64,000 nucleotides of DNA from Girardia tigrina (Eukaryota), in assembly GCA_001938485.1 (NCBI GenBank), contig MQRK01179780.1:1-64000 (forward strand), written 5' to 3'. Made by a program: the position numbers and the translations under genes. Below are positions 1-13,620 of this stretch, in pieces. Every line of letters begins with the position of its first letter. Positions within the stretch are counted from its first letter, which is position 1. The notes beneath the pieces were generated by a model. That model did no database searches, was not told where the DNA came from, and was given only the letters and a program-made list of their open reading frames with translations.

Positions 1-763
1 AAAATTTTAATTTGTACATATTTAATATAACTTTCTTTTTTCGAATGTTACATATTTAATTATATAAAAATTTTAATTTGTACATATTTAATATAACTTT
101 CTTTCAAAAATTTTCCTTATATTTTTAATTCCTAACAGTCACCACCAATGTCTCTTTTAAATTATAGGGTACTCCTGCTGCTTTAAAATATCTATTACAA
201 CTCGTAATAAATACTTCGACATCGTCATCCCGTTTAAAATGCTCCGGAATCAATCTGGAGATTAATTGGTCCGAGTTTGTGGNNNNNNNNNNNNNNNNNN
301 NNNNNNNNNNNNNNNNNNNNNNNNNNNNNNNNNNNNNNNNNNNNNNNNNNNNNNNNNNNNNNNNNNNNNNNNNNNNNNNNNNNNNNNNNNNNNNNNNNNN
401 NNNNNNNNNNNNNNNNNNNNNNNNNNTCATAAATCTTAAACCGATATAGATAAAAATACATATAAATATTCATATTTGCTTTTTTATTACTTCTATAATT
501 ATGATAACACTTTAAAATATTTAATCGTTTCATTTAATTTTATTAATTTTTTAAAATCGTTTCACATAAAAATTATAAACTTTTTTTACTTTTTATATTA
601 TATTAAAATTCTCAAAAATTTTTATTAGCAATTTAATTGATCTTAATTTTAGTAATTTTATTTTTTCGAATGTTACATATTTAATTATATAAAAATTTTA
701 ATTTTTACATATTTAATATAACTTTCTTTCAAAAATTTTCCTAACATTTTTAATTCCTAACAG
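1..763. repeat. ~105-bp direct repeat (about 37-142 and 662-763) flanking a gag fragment and an N gap
   Basis: ttttttcgaatgttacatatttaattatataaaaatttt...atttttaattcctaacagt occurs twice; could be a scaffolding overlap. Confidence 0.7.
140..282 (-). mobile_element. LTR-retrotransposon gag-like fragment
   Basis: LISRLIPEHFKRDDDVEVFITSCNRYFKAA resembles the fragments at 35820 and 43145. Confidence 0.5.
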
Positions 764-899
764 TGAGAATATTTCTAAAGCCTCTTTAGTAGAGTTATAA
801 AGTAAGATTATGTACTAATAAAAAAATCAAACTCATACACTTACCTTTATCAAGGTGACTAAATAGTGATTGCTCAAATATTTTTTTAATATTTTTACG

Positions 900-1354
900 A
901 AATTTTCAAATTTTTAAAAGTTGCGCGAAATATAATAAAGAAAAATAAATTAAAACAAACAATATAAATTTAAACAATAGTTTGTCCTGTTTCATATCTG
1001 TTGAGTAATGAAAGAAAATATAATCAATTAAAGTACAGTCCCCAATATAATTTATGTTCCAAAAATGAAACATTGGCCTATGATGGGTTAATAACGACGG
1101 ATTGACATTTTTAATACACATTTAACTTCTCCGTTTTCATTAACTTTATTATTAAAAGAACATGGGTTTCTTTACAGAGAAACAATATCTCCTGATACAG
1201 ATTCTCAATTATTCTGCTTCATATTTATATCGCAAAAATCTTTTAAACTACTGAGAAAATTATAGATGATCTTGAAAACGGCCTTTCAATAAATTCATTA
1301 TTGGAATGTCTTTTTCTATTCCACATTTCTTTAACTTTACGAATTGATAAAGGT
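900..1354 (-). pseudogene. USP9X: USP9X/fat-facets-like pseudogene, downstream segment
   Basis: Broken frames EKDIPIMNLL, IYNFLSSLKDF and TLIDYIFF resemble USP9X ESCLPGVIMS, YISFLWQVADL and SLDSLFF; colinear with the 2380-3330 segment. Confidence 0.4.
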
Positions 1355-1453
1355 AATGCACTTTATTAGCACCAACTTTATTAACCTTTTTACAAAAATC
1401 AATTGAATCATCAAGAAGAGGGTCGAACTCACAAGCCTAAAAAGATCATAAAA
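1355..1453 (-). pseudogene. Duplicated fragment of the HSL last exon plus 17 nt of its upstream intron
   Basis: About 90/99 identical to 15389-15487; reads ACEFDPLLDDSIDFCKKVNKVGANKVH. Confidence 0.9.
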
Positions 1454-2200
1454 CTTTTCCAATCTTTGTTGAAAACCCTAGGTGTGCAAAGGTTTCGAAC
1501 CGCCACGTTTCTCGAGCAGAGTAACAGCGTCGTCGAGCGTTTCCACCGAACATTAAATAATTCTCTCCGTGCAACTTCGATAACCCGTGACTGGACGAAA
1601 CAGCTTCCCTTTATTCTACTGGGTTGGGTTAATATCCCCAGCAAACGACACGGATGCTGTCCAGCACAGATGCTCTTTGGTTCAAAATCACACTTGTCAA
1701 TGACATAGAATTTAACAATTGTCCCACTTCCGACATTAACCTCAAATCGGCTAGAAAGCACTTCAACCAGCTAGACACTATACCAACTTCGGCCAAATCC
1801 TTCAACGTCTACATTCCACGAAATCAGTTCGACTCCAAGTTTGTCTGGCTAGTGATAGAAGACCCTAATTCTCGTCAGGGTCGATAGACAGGTTCACATC
1901 AAGTCATCTCGTTCGAACAATCCCACAGCACAGCAACAATTGAATTTAAAGGAAAATCTCACACTATCAATATCGTCAAATTGAAACCAGCTTCACACAT
2001 CGCCGACGATAATATTCCTGTTCAATTCACATTGAGGGAACTGATATCAAAGTAGACCCAAAAAGAAAAAATAAAAATTTCAAAATTCGTCACGAGTTGC
2101 TACTCTATCAAATTGAGGTTCAATCACAAAAATCAAAATATTATTTGGTGTTGTGTCTCCGCAGAAGTTCTTTTGTTTTGGAGATCAGGGAACTCATCAC
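1454..2200 (+). mobile_element. Gypsy/Ty3 integrase C-terminal relic followed by a gag N-terminal scrap
   Basis: QSNSVVERFHRTLNNSLRA...WTKQLPFILLG (integrase E motif); YQIEVQSQKSKYYLV...LEIRELI gag-like. Confidence 0.8.
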
Positions 2201-2379
2201 CAATAACACCATTACTGAGTGGACTCACACCAGCGCTCAATCCAGCTTTCCAATCGATCAGATCTTCCGAGGTACTCGAATTCGACTCTCGGTGCCTCCT
2301 CAATTTCTCCAGCCTAGCATAGTCGAGGACAAAGTCGACCGGGGCGCAGTGGTCTTTCAATAATTCTTGCCAGTGTGAC

Positions 2380-3330
2380 TCGATCTTTCTCCGTAGGTAC
2401 AGGAATAATTAATTTGAGTGAACATCAAAATCAACGTGTCGCAATGAGTTATTTCGACCGAAAAAGTAATAAAACATGATTGCAATTCTCCGAAAGTTTC
2501 CATATGTCACTCTGCACAGTGCTGGACCTTCACGCTCAACTGCAAATCGATTATCACAGTCTTGAACAAATTCACACAGGAGTTGTATTATATTTGTTTA
2601 TTGATTCTTCCATCTCAAATGAAACCTCGCAATAAGTCTCTTGACAATTATTCTCCAATTTTGAGACAAGATGAAATTTCGACAAAAAAGCATTTTGCCA
2701 TATCGAATGCTGTTCTTATTATTGAAAAACAATGTTGAATAAATTCTTCATTGATGAATTTTCTTTCCTTGATTAAATTCAAACTGAGATTTATCGTAAT
2801 GGGCTTTAAGATATATATAATTTTATTAAAGACTTCATCGTCGACATAAAGCATAACACATTTCCACAAATAATCTAAACATATTAGATTTGTGTTAGTA
2901 ACAAAATATGTTTCGGGATATAGTTCTTGAAAATTTCCTTTTTTGACATTAATTGATCGAAAAAATTGTTCAAATAACAATATTTCACTCAATGTTAGAA
3001 GCTTAGGATCGAGCTTCAAAATATTCTTTAAGAAAAGTCTTCCATCGTATCTTTTTCAAATGGATTATTTTCGAATTACATAAGATTTGAAAGCCATTTA
3101 AAACACTGATCCATATCAGGAAAAACACTAGAATAATTTAAATCGTGTGGCACTACAAGACAACTCCGAATGGAAGTAAAAAGTTTATTATTCATTATTA
3201 AAGAAAAGGTTTTAACAGTTCTAATCTTTTTTCAATTTGAGTGTTTTGTGGAAATTTATCGTCCAAATATGTGAGATTGTTTTCATTTAAATCACATTCA
3301 GATTTTCGACAGTTATCGACATAATCAATA
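2380..3330 (-). pseudogene. USP9X: USP9X/USP9Y (fat facets) deubiquitinase internal fragment, frameshifted
   Basis: QIEKRLELLKPFL, DQCFKWLSNLM, KLDPKLLT..FEQFFRSIN..LICLDYLW..INEEFIQHCF and LCEFVQDCDNRFAVER match the order of USP9X motifs. Confidence 0.8.
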
Positions 3331-5479
3331 AGGTTATTCATAATTTTAGAGTAATTGAAAATTGTATATCAACAAAATTGATTGAAAAGCTTAATTTTCG
3401 AAAACCAAAATAATTGAAAAATTGAAACATTGTTAATTGTGACATTGATAATTGAAAACTTGTGATTGATCACACACACAACACACCCCACTCCCACAAA
3501 ACACGTCACAAAGACATTTCGTTACAACACGCACATATTTTCCTTTCTTATTCACACACCACATGCACCACACAGATTATATTCATATTACATAATAATC
3601 TATCAAATGATTTTCAATCATAATTATTGAAAAATATTTCCAATTTTTCAAATCCACCGTGATTCTTTGCAAACTTTTACACAGAGATTAATAAAAACCG
3701 AATTTATTTACACTATGTGATCATTTTTGTTTAACTGTTCCAAATTGAATGTGTTATTTAATATTATCGTTCGAAATTTCTAAACGTTTTTCAAGATGGC
3801 ATTGAGTTTTGCTGCTTTTAAAACCGAAACCGAGGACCAGAAAAAACCGCAAAGAATCGAAAGCGGAATTCATATGGTATTTGCATCATCACAAAACCAT
3901 ATGAACGTGATGATTTCACATATATTTATTTATATATATACTTATATATATTTATTTAATTTAATTAATTTAAATTATTTAATTTTACTTTATTTTAATT
4001 ATTTAATTTTAATTTAATTTTTATTAATTTAATTTAAATTACAAATAAAGGGTCGAAAGCTATCGCAGCGCGACCATTTGGAATTTTCAAAAATAGAATA
4101 TTGAATTTATCTTTGTCAAACTGTTGGGTATTAAAAATCTTTAATCTTAAATATTTACTTTTTAAACACAAATCTTTAATCGTAAATCTGACTCCAATTA
4201 ATCAGTAAGGACTTCCAACATAAATATATAAACAATGAACACAAATTCTTTTATGAAACTTTATTTCAAATAACAAAAATTAGCAAGTCAACAATAATAA
4301 TAATAATTCAATTCTTGATGACAGAACACAAACACAAATCAATATTTCGTACAAGTTAACAGATTACAGCAAATACTGTGAATCTCCAAAACGAACGATA
4401 GTTTAGATTTAAATTAAACCTTTTTCTCCCATACGGGATACTTATGGTTTAAAAAATGTTTTAAAAAGAATAATAAATAAAAAAAATAATTCTTTATAAC
4501 AAGTTTACTTGCTTCATTGGTTTTGTTTTTGTTGAGAGAAATTTTTGGGCAAACTAAACTAAATTTGCTGATGTTTATATAGAAGTTTTCATCAGCCTTG
4601 AAAATTGATAAAATAAAACAGACTAAAATATTTTTAATTTTCAATTCCAAATTTTGTTAAACTAAATATTATTTTGTTTGAAATTAATAATTTTACCAAA
4701 AGAATTATTTTAAAATTTTTTCTACATCAAATTTTATCAAAAGTGCTCACATGTATCTCTCGAAACCCCAACAAATCGATAAAAAATGTTCGAAAATGAT
4801 TTACCGGAATTTCCTGTAAAAATTAGTGAAAAATGTCGAAATTTAAAAATTCAAATCAAATTATTGAATTCTAATTTCAATGAAGTATCAATTAATATGA
4901 ACGAAGATGTCTCACAATTCAATGTCAATGATTCTTTCAAAATTGACAATTACGCTTATTGAAATTAATGAATTGATTTGGTATTTAGAACTAAACAGAA
5001 ATTGTTTTGAATTAGTTTTGATATGTATGTGGTGAATTTTTAATTTGTATGTGTGTAATTTTTATTTAAAAAAATAAAAATAATTAAATAAACGTAAAAA
5101 AATCAATTATAAAAAAAATAATTTTTGGAAAAAATATTGAATTGATTATTATTATTTCGTGAATAAGTTTAAAAAATTGTGTTTGTATAAACTTTTCAAT
5201 GAAATTGTGGTTGTAAATAGTTGAATTTTGATTTGCTTCAAAGATGAGGGATTTGTGTTGAGAGGTTTTGTGCACGATTCGAAAAAAAGGTGAAATTTGA
5301 AAGAAAAATAAGAGTTCATCGGTGTCTTGGTCTTTTAATAAATTTGGCGCTAAAATTTGTGTGGTTAAAATTGATATTTGTGTTCGTAATCACAATTGTA
5401 AAATTTTGTCGATTAACTGAATAAAAAATTTTGAGGCGTATTTTTTAAATCCAATAAAAAAATTTTAATAAATACTGAA

Positions 5480-5920
5480 ACCGAATTGAAATACGGAATC
5501 GTAAATTCGAAAAGTTCATGGCACGATAAATACAATGAGACTTGTTTGTTCTACGGTAGCGGATTGAGATACGATAATTCCGAGGGCGATATCACTTGTG
5601 TTTTTTCTCAATATGGAGAAATCGTCAATTTGAATCTCAATCGCGACCGACGCACCGCTCGATCGAAGGGATTTTGTTTCATTTGCTATGAAGACCAAAG
5701 AAGCGGTCGGACATTAAGAGTCGATTATGTCGAAGATTACAGACTACCGACTTACGATAAAGACGAGAAGGACGTGTTGAAGAAGTTCATCTATGAGAAC
5801 GGATGCGGACCGAAACACGATGAAATGTTAAAACAATTACAAATCGAATCGGATGAAATCAAAAGGCGATTGGATTTGGAGGCCTATGAGTTCGAATTGA
5901 AGAAGAAAGAGCAGATTGAG
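5480..5920 (+). pseudogene. RBMX2: RBMX2/Snu17 RRM protein fragment with an in-frame deletion in the RRM
   Basis: SWHDKY...EGDITCVFSQYGEIVNLNLNRDRRTARSKGFCFICYEDQRS-GRTLRVD; about 14 aa (TILAVDNFNGIKIK in human) missing; no ATG. Confidence 0.85.
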
Positions 5921-6150
5921 CTTCGATCTATTTCCCCCTGCGTCCCGCAGTTCACCCCTAACCCCGGGACGCCGCCACCACGCTGCGCCCTCTCTAATAC
6001 CAACAATTCCCATTTTTCCTTACTGTCTTACGAAAACATGTCACTTTCACTAATGGTGCACCCTGTCCGATTCACATGTCCTAGTCCTCACCAAACTTAC
6101 CTAATGTGACTATAGGCGCTCCACTATTTTGGCGGAGGGCTGATGTAGTT
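5921..6150 (+). mobile_element. Gypsy-like 3' end with a polypurine tract and LTR start
   Basis: GC-rich Pro-rich tail ending HPVRF, then ggcggagggctgaTGTAG. Confidence 0.4.
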
Positions 6151-8519
6151 GTTTTCTAAAATCATTAAAAAATCGGTCATTTTCATTTTTCATAAAAAAA
6201 ATTAATTAATAAAACAGTAAAATTCTTTTGTCTCATGCATCACACTTTTTTGAAAATATAATTAAAAGAATTTAGAAAAAACAAACGAAAACGAAATAAA
6301 GATTTGTGTAAATCGATAAAGGAATACAAAAATTGCTCACAAATGTGAAATACATGACAAAAAATTATAAACGAACTGTAAGATATGGTAAATTAAATTG
6401 ACATTCATTGTGATCGATAATTTTACTGAAAATAAATGTATTTTTTTGTATTGTTGTCCGTGGTGTCCTGTTGGAGTTTCAACTAGTAATGTTTCCTTAC
6501 GTCAACCGATTGAGCGCAAGCAAAATGGCTGCCGAAATTTGATTCATGAAACGAAATCCAAAGACGATAAACTTGTTTTACGCTCTGAATCTCTTCTCTA
6601 CTTGGTTTCTAGCTCGGCATTAATTTTCAACGGTAACAAAAACAATAAATTTAAGTACTGATATAACGATGGTTTCTAGTTTGTTAGAGTAACTTTCAGT
6701 ATTTATTATAATTTCTTGTAAAGTATTAAACCACGGTAAAGTATTCTGCATAGGAGAAAGCTACCTAGTTGTGAGCTTTATGTTTGTTGATTTATTGATA
6801 GCTGATTCTTATACAGCTTTATGCTTTGTAGTTTATTTATAACCGGATATTATTAAGTTTCGCGCTACGAGGTATTTTATAACTGATGATAATGAAGCTG
6901 AGCTGTGCTCTTATTAATTGTTGAAAATTTGAATAAATGTGCAAGAATCATTTATTGATAATAAAGAGTTATTAAAGAAACTGTGTTAACTTCTAATATA
7001 ATTGTGTTTATTGGAGTTAAATAACAGAGTTGAATTAAATTACAGTTGAATTTAAATTTGAATACCCAACATAATGAGTAAAGAAACCAAACAAGGATTT
7101 CACAATTATTATAATTATTTTATTAAAAACAAATAAAGATATATTTACCAGATCGATTTTTTTGATTAAGAAAAAAGAAAAAAATCGTCCTTTAATTTAT
7201 TTCTTCATTCAATTTCGATTTTAGATGATTTTTTTAACATTACCTGTTATGTAAGTTTTAGTCGTTTGCAAGAACAATACTACTTAATATACGTAGTTCG
7301 ATCAATAAACTCAAAATTACGTGGTTTCGCGAGCTCTGAAAATGTTTGATTTAATCTGGGTGGTGGTCATAGTGAAGAGGAATGATAAAATGCAAAAAGA
7401 AAACTGAAATCAATCAAAATCAACGGCTCAAGGACCATATAAAAAATTAATTATTGTTTTTTCTGCGTAAAAAGTACATAATCTGATTATTCAAAAAGTA
7501 ATGATATTCTCGTGAATTAAAAATGATTTGTTGCTTTGCGATGAAAAAAACGTTTGTAGTCGGAGTAGCGTTACTGGATCGTCGATCGAAAAAAACTAAA
7601 ATTTGTTAACAATTGAAAAAAAATCCAAAAACGTTTTTGTGTAAATAAATACAATAAAAGTAAACTTTTTGAATATGAAAATAAAGATGTACGACAACCG
7701 AATTCTCTCTTTCATCTCGAGGCACATGAATAATCCAGATAAGACAGCACTGATACATCGTACGTCGTCTTCAGCATCCGATGACATGCCACCGCTGCGA
7801 CACTTTCCCTACTGAACCCACTGGCTTCCCACTCGATGGATTCGAACGGGCGGGCCTCTGGACCTACCATAATAAGAATCGAACGGTCGACTACTATCCA
7901 CGACGGGACTAATCGCGGCGCCTTGTCCAACTCTGGACGTCGTTCACAGATCATCCCCGTAAATCTGCCGGTCTACGGGATTATTTACAACAAGGGGGTT
8001 CAGGCTGCTACAGCTTGTTCGGGCAGTCGCCCCTATAATCGGTTAAAAATTGTTGTGTAAATAAGTCGGTTCAAAAAATTATGAATTAGTTTATAATGTA
8101 TTTTTGATTTTCAAATTTCGGGAGAGTGTGAATTGGATTTACTCAATGGATTTTTGTGGAATGTTCTGGGAAAATGTGAAGCAGTTATGAGATCATCTGC
8201 GTCTCTTTTGAGTAATATCTATCATTCAGAACATATTTCCTTTTCAATCATCAATTCCGACAGTGAAACACAAACTATTTTAATAATTAAAAACTTCAAA
8301 CTGGAGAATTTCGAATGTTATACTTATATTAATTATGTCCTCCCCCAAAGATCCCGAAATCCTCCATCGGTTTCATCACGTCGAAGCCGCGCTGCGCCCG
8401 CTCTCTTATCAGGCGGTATGAAATTATAAAATTACAATGTTCTGACGACTTTTATTTCGAACCCAATTATTAATAGAATGAAGAAACATTCGTTTTTAGT
8501 GATCTTTTTTGTTCATTTT

Positions 8520-9960
8520 AGATAGCGACATTCTGAAGAGAATGAGGAGTATCGCAGCGTCTTTAAATTTTACTATAAACTTGGAAAAAGTGTAGACGAA
8601 ACCATGAAAAGTATGGGCAAAACTAATGAAAGTGATTGACAATCTAGGTTGAGCATTTATTATTGGCTGAAGAAGTTAATGAAAACTGAACGATACCGAC
8701 AAGAAAGACCAAATGAAATCTTAGATAAGAAAAAATATCCAATGTAATCGTAGAATACAATTAAGGGAACTAGTAATCCGACTGAAGATTAGCTACGGTT
8801 CTGTGCATTCTATGTTAAGAGGACTACACGATACAGAAAGTTTTAACGAAAATTTTGACTCTAGAGATGAAAGAGGTACATCTTCGGTCAACCTGGCAAT
8901 TTTTGACCAATTGGACAAGAACTAGCTCTTAATATTTATCCCTTAGACTAGGAAAGAGTGTCCTGAGCAGGGTTTCAAAGATGAGAGGGACCACTTAATA
9001 TTGTTGCCTTCGCTACAGCTCCCTAACAACATAAAAATTTCATAAAAAATCATTAACTACAAAAAAAAACTAAATATCACAAATTTCATTCCGCAAAACG
9101 CAAATTTCGAAATTAACCGAAACAAAGATTTTAACATTTTGTTTAAACATGCTAAATAAATAAACTCACAAATAAAAACTTTATGAACTAACAAGGATAT
9201 GTCAAAGAAATGGTGATAAATGCATGTCCGACTATTTATGAAATTACTGTTTGGAATGTAAATAAAGAATCTATAATTAATTTACGTCTTCGCTCGCATC
9301 ACGTGTTTGATTGGTTATTCAACCGAACGGGTGACGCGGTGACTTGTTAAATCTATTGTGACGTAAATTGTAACTACAACTTGGATGAAACAGTTTGAGC
9401 GTAATTGCTTGACGTTTGATCTGTCCCACTTTTCAGGTCCCGTCACTAGCAACCCCATACGCGAAAAATACTCTCTGTATTCTGGTCACGAAAAAGTGTG
9501 GTCAGTTTTTATTTCTGTCCAAAAGGTAGAACCATCAATGAAGAATACTCCAGCGACCTTGTTACTGAGTTCAAAAAAGGAATGTGGAGTCACATACACT
9601 TTGGTGATTGATTGACAAAGCGATTCTACACAACTTTCACAATAAACAATAATCAAATGTGGCTTCGTGAATCTGGTACACCCACCTTACAGCCTCGACA
9701 TCGCTCCCTGCGACTTCTACCTATTCAACTGTCTAAAAAACCACTAAGAGGGCGTCATTTTTCGTGTGGAGATGATCTCATGGTATTTCTGCCAAATTTT
9801 GTATCAACAGTTTCTTGTTTCTGCCTTTGATCATCTCTTACGCAGATGGAAGGCATTTTTTGTTAAACAAAGATACTACATTGAGAAGTGACATAACAGT
9901 TTTTCGTGCAAGTATTAAATGTTGTTCAAAATAAAAGTTGTAAGAACATTGTGAATTTTT
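8520..9960 (+). mobile_element. Degenerate mariner transposase (interrupted)
   Basis: EEYRSVFKFYYKLGKS HTH; HPPYSLDIAPCDFYLF..LKKPLRGRHF (YSPDLAPxD motif). Confidence 0.75.
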
Positions 9961-10556
9961 TATTTTATACCAAGTCTTAATGGTTATTGATCGAACTATT
10001 TAGATTTAATTAAATTTTATTTTTTTATATTATAGAGAATCTTGCGGATATAATAAAAATTCGGTTATTATAAAATATTTTTCGGTCCACTGAACCAAAA
10101 ATAAACAATTCCAATCGACTATAATAAAATTTGCTGAGTAAATGTCGCTTGCTTCAGTTATGTTAAAACTTTTAAAACAATCTAAGTATGCTCTAATTAA
10201 GAAACTTATGTGGTTAATTTGACAACACATTCAATACAGAGACAAATAGGTGTTCTTTTTATAGGACAGCCATATTATTAGAGTACTAAAATTTTAAAAT
10301 ACAGCAATAATACAACAAACATGCCTCCTCAAGTTATTCTGGGTGAGTATAGTATGCTTAAAAGCTAAGAGGATAGAAAGTTACATTACAATGAATATAC
10401 CTTAATTTTGCCTTTTGGTTGCATTCTGCACAGCGAGGTTGACGGTCGATAGACGCTGGAAAGTAGTTCCTGGTGCAAAAATACGCTTTTGTTTACATGA
10501 TTTATGATGTCACTTGAAATAGAACGATTTACTACATCGAAAATCGTGTTAATATA

Positions 10557-11860
10557 CAATATGATTCATAAGTCTGTTCAACCCCTTATTTTTTGAGAAA
10601 GAGATCAAATTTTTAACAAAACATTTATTACGTGGAACTTTCAATACTTAGTTGAATGTCCTTTCATGTCCTTTATCATTTTTAATCGCCTAGATTCATG
10701 GATTCAACAAGACTTTTACAATAGTCTTTTGATAGTTCGTACCATATTTTTTGAACAGCCACCTACAGCTGTTCTGACGATGAGCACCTTATCATCTGTA
10801 ATTTCCTTTTTAAAAGTCCCCATACATTTTCGATAGGATTTGCGTCTGGTGAATTGCCTGGCCATGGTAAAAGATCAGCTTCCTTCTTTTTTAAGAAATT
10901 AAATGTCGACAGTGCACGGTGTGGTGGTGCAAGATCTTGCTGAAAAATGAATTCTTGTTTTGGAAATACCAAGCACTTTCCAATAATATCAATGTCATGT
11001 ATTATAGTTTCCTGCTACATTTGAGCATTCATTGAACCTTCTACTTTTCTAAGAAGACCTGCCCCGTTTGCCGAAAAGCACCTCCAGACATGAACTTTGG
11101 CTCTGTGGCTCATGGTTTCATGGATGTTTCCCAGTTTGAGCCTTTCATTTCTAGTTCGTCTGATCCAACGTCTACCACGATGATTATAACATTGGAAAAT
11201 GCATTCATCGCTAAATGTAACAGAATACCAAATTTCTTTATCCCAATTTTGATATAATGAAGCCCACTGCATTCTTCTTTGTCTCTGTTTAGCGGTAAGG
11301 AAAGGTTTCTTTACATCTTTGAATGCCCGTATTCCATATTTCTGTAAAATCCTTTCGACTGTCGACTTACTTATGGCTATTGAGGAAGAAGAATTAAATA
11401 TCCTTGTAATATTTAACGTGGAAATATCATTGTTTAAACGTCTTATGCGTTTAATCACTCTTTCTGATCTGGTGCTTAGTTCATGAGGTCTACCTCCACG
11501 TGAATGATCTTTCACTTCTCCTGTTTTTAAATACTTTACCCATATTTTTTGGATTCCACGTTTTGAAATATTTCTATTATATCTTGTAAATAGTTCGACC
11601 TTTATTTTATTCCATGTACTTCCTACATTTTTAAGCGCAACAATCATTCCACGCTCATATTCATTCTTGACATTTAATTTATCTAAAATTTAAAAATTAA
11701 GTCATTAATGAAAATTTCAATATTTAACATATAAATTCAAATGTGTAGCATAAAAACACTATATATAAACAAATATTCAAAATTAATATGACGTCAAATT
11801 TTTAGTTAGAAAATAAGTAATCAAAATATGAGGGGATGAACAGACTTATGAATCATACTG
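10557..11860 (-). mobile_element. Near full-length Tc1 element, 1304 bp, with inactivated transposase
   Basis: ~30-bp TIRs (ca[a/g]tatgattcataagtctgttca), TA on both sides; FSDE, FQQDLAPPH and WPGNSPDANPIENVW motifs; stops at 11015 and 10763 plus frameshifts. Confidence 0.95.
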
Positions 11861-12639
11861 TAAAACAATGTGGTATAAGATTATGGTGGCAGCCATTTAT
11901 ATGAATGTACTTTATAAAGGACAGCCGTATGGAAACGGCTAATTATATGCGCGATTAAAAAGGTATTTTATATAAATGCAGATATTACTAGAGGAAACGA
12001 GTTCAAGATAATTTGATTAAAACATCAGAATTTAATAGAATATGTCCTCCAAAATTCTCAATTTACCACTAAAACCACAAAAACTAAGTACTGTATTGTA
12101 CGTTCCATTTTCAAGAAATCGGCTATTATAAAATGCCTATGATTTAATAGATAAGTAAATTAAGGAAGTAAATAAAGTAAAAAAACTTTATCTTTCAACT
12201 ACCGCAAATAAATCTAAATTAAGAGATAGTAAATTAATGTGTTTAAATTTATATTAATTAACCTATTAATATTAAGCCAATGAATACCTTTCAAGCTGAA
12301 GATTATCAAAACGATGAAGAAAGCGACATGGAGAGGCAAGAAGATAACATTGAACAAGAAAAGAAAACAAACACAAATATTTTGTTAAATTTGCAACATA
12401 CAACAACGAAGAAGCTATCAAAGCATTTCATTTGGTGCATTCTGGGGACGTATGCACCAAAACCGAAGATACTGTTAAGCTGGGAATTATCATACATTTT
12501 AAATCAAAAAGAAATTAAGACTTGCAAAATTTATTAAATACCACAGGTTAAATTTGTTATTTAAACAAATTTTATTTTTTTTAATTCTATTTTCCATTAT
12601 TTTTTTAAATTTCGATTATAATTCGAAATTTTTAAAAAC

Positions 12640-13620
12640 CAAAATTCTTGTTTCTGAAAATTAAAAAATTAACAACAACACTCTCTTACAGATACGATGG
12701 ACGAAAAGTCTACTTCGTTGCAAGAAGATTTAAAAGCGTAATGAAAAATGATATTCCAAAATTGTACTTATTGACGTTACAGTTTTCAAGAATATATCTG
12801 AACATGACGAGTGCACCAAAATTCATGATATACGAGAATTGAGCGAAGAAATCAAGAAGCAAATACTACAAATTTTTGATGATGGTATCACGAAACCAAA
12901 GCAGATTATTTATGAATTGCAATAAAAAAATAGAAGTACCAAAAAAGAAACAATTACCTTTCTCAATATGAGAAGCAAAAATATGGTGATTCATCAATTA
13001 ACCTAATGGTGGGAAGATCACTCAACGATTCTAGCCAATGAGAATGAAGCTTTTGTTATCAACTATAATATTGTATATCAGGATGAAATTGACGAGGACG
13101 ACGATGAATATGATCAAAATGTTTTTAGATTTTTTGTATTAACCAAACATCTTCTGAACATCTCTTCGGAAACAAAACATATCAACCCAGAGGCAACATA
13201 CAAATTGGTCTGGCATAGGTTTCCAATATTGATTAATTTGATCACAGATATGAATAACTCAAACTTTTGAGTTCATTTTCTAAAGCTTGCAAATTGGTTT
13301 ACACAAAGTTAACAAGGCTCCTTTTGAACGAATAGCACTGCTACCATTTATGACAAACTATTTGCCTCAGAACTTACTATCTCTTTGAAACTAAATACTA
13401 AGACCTTCCAATGGGCCAAAACTTCAAAAGATATTATTGATGTGCAAGACAAGTGTACTACAATTTAAAAGATCTTTTAGCATTTGGCGAATGGAAGAAG
13501 TTACCAAATACATGAACGCAACATGTAATTGCCAAACTTTTCTGAAGGATTGCATCCATCAGCAACAGATAAAGACGTTCTGATTGGCGAAAAAAACGCG
13601 GTTGGCTCTCAAAAGAAAAA
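12640..13620 (+). mobile_element. Degenerate MULE-SWIM transposase
   Basis: DGRKVYFRC; FRFFVLTKHLL..HINPEATYKLVWHRFPILI..TDMN (HADATYKL-type motif); TCNCQTFLK SWIM finger. Confidence 0.7.
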
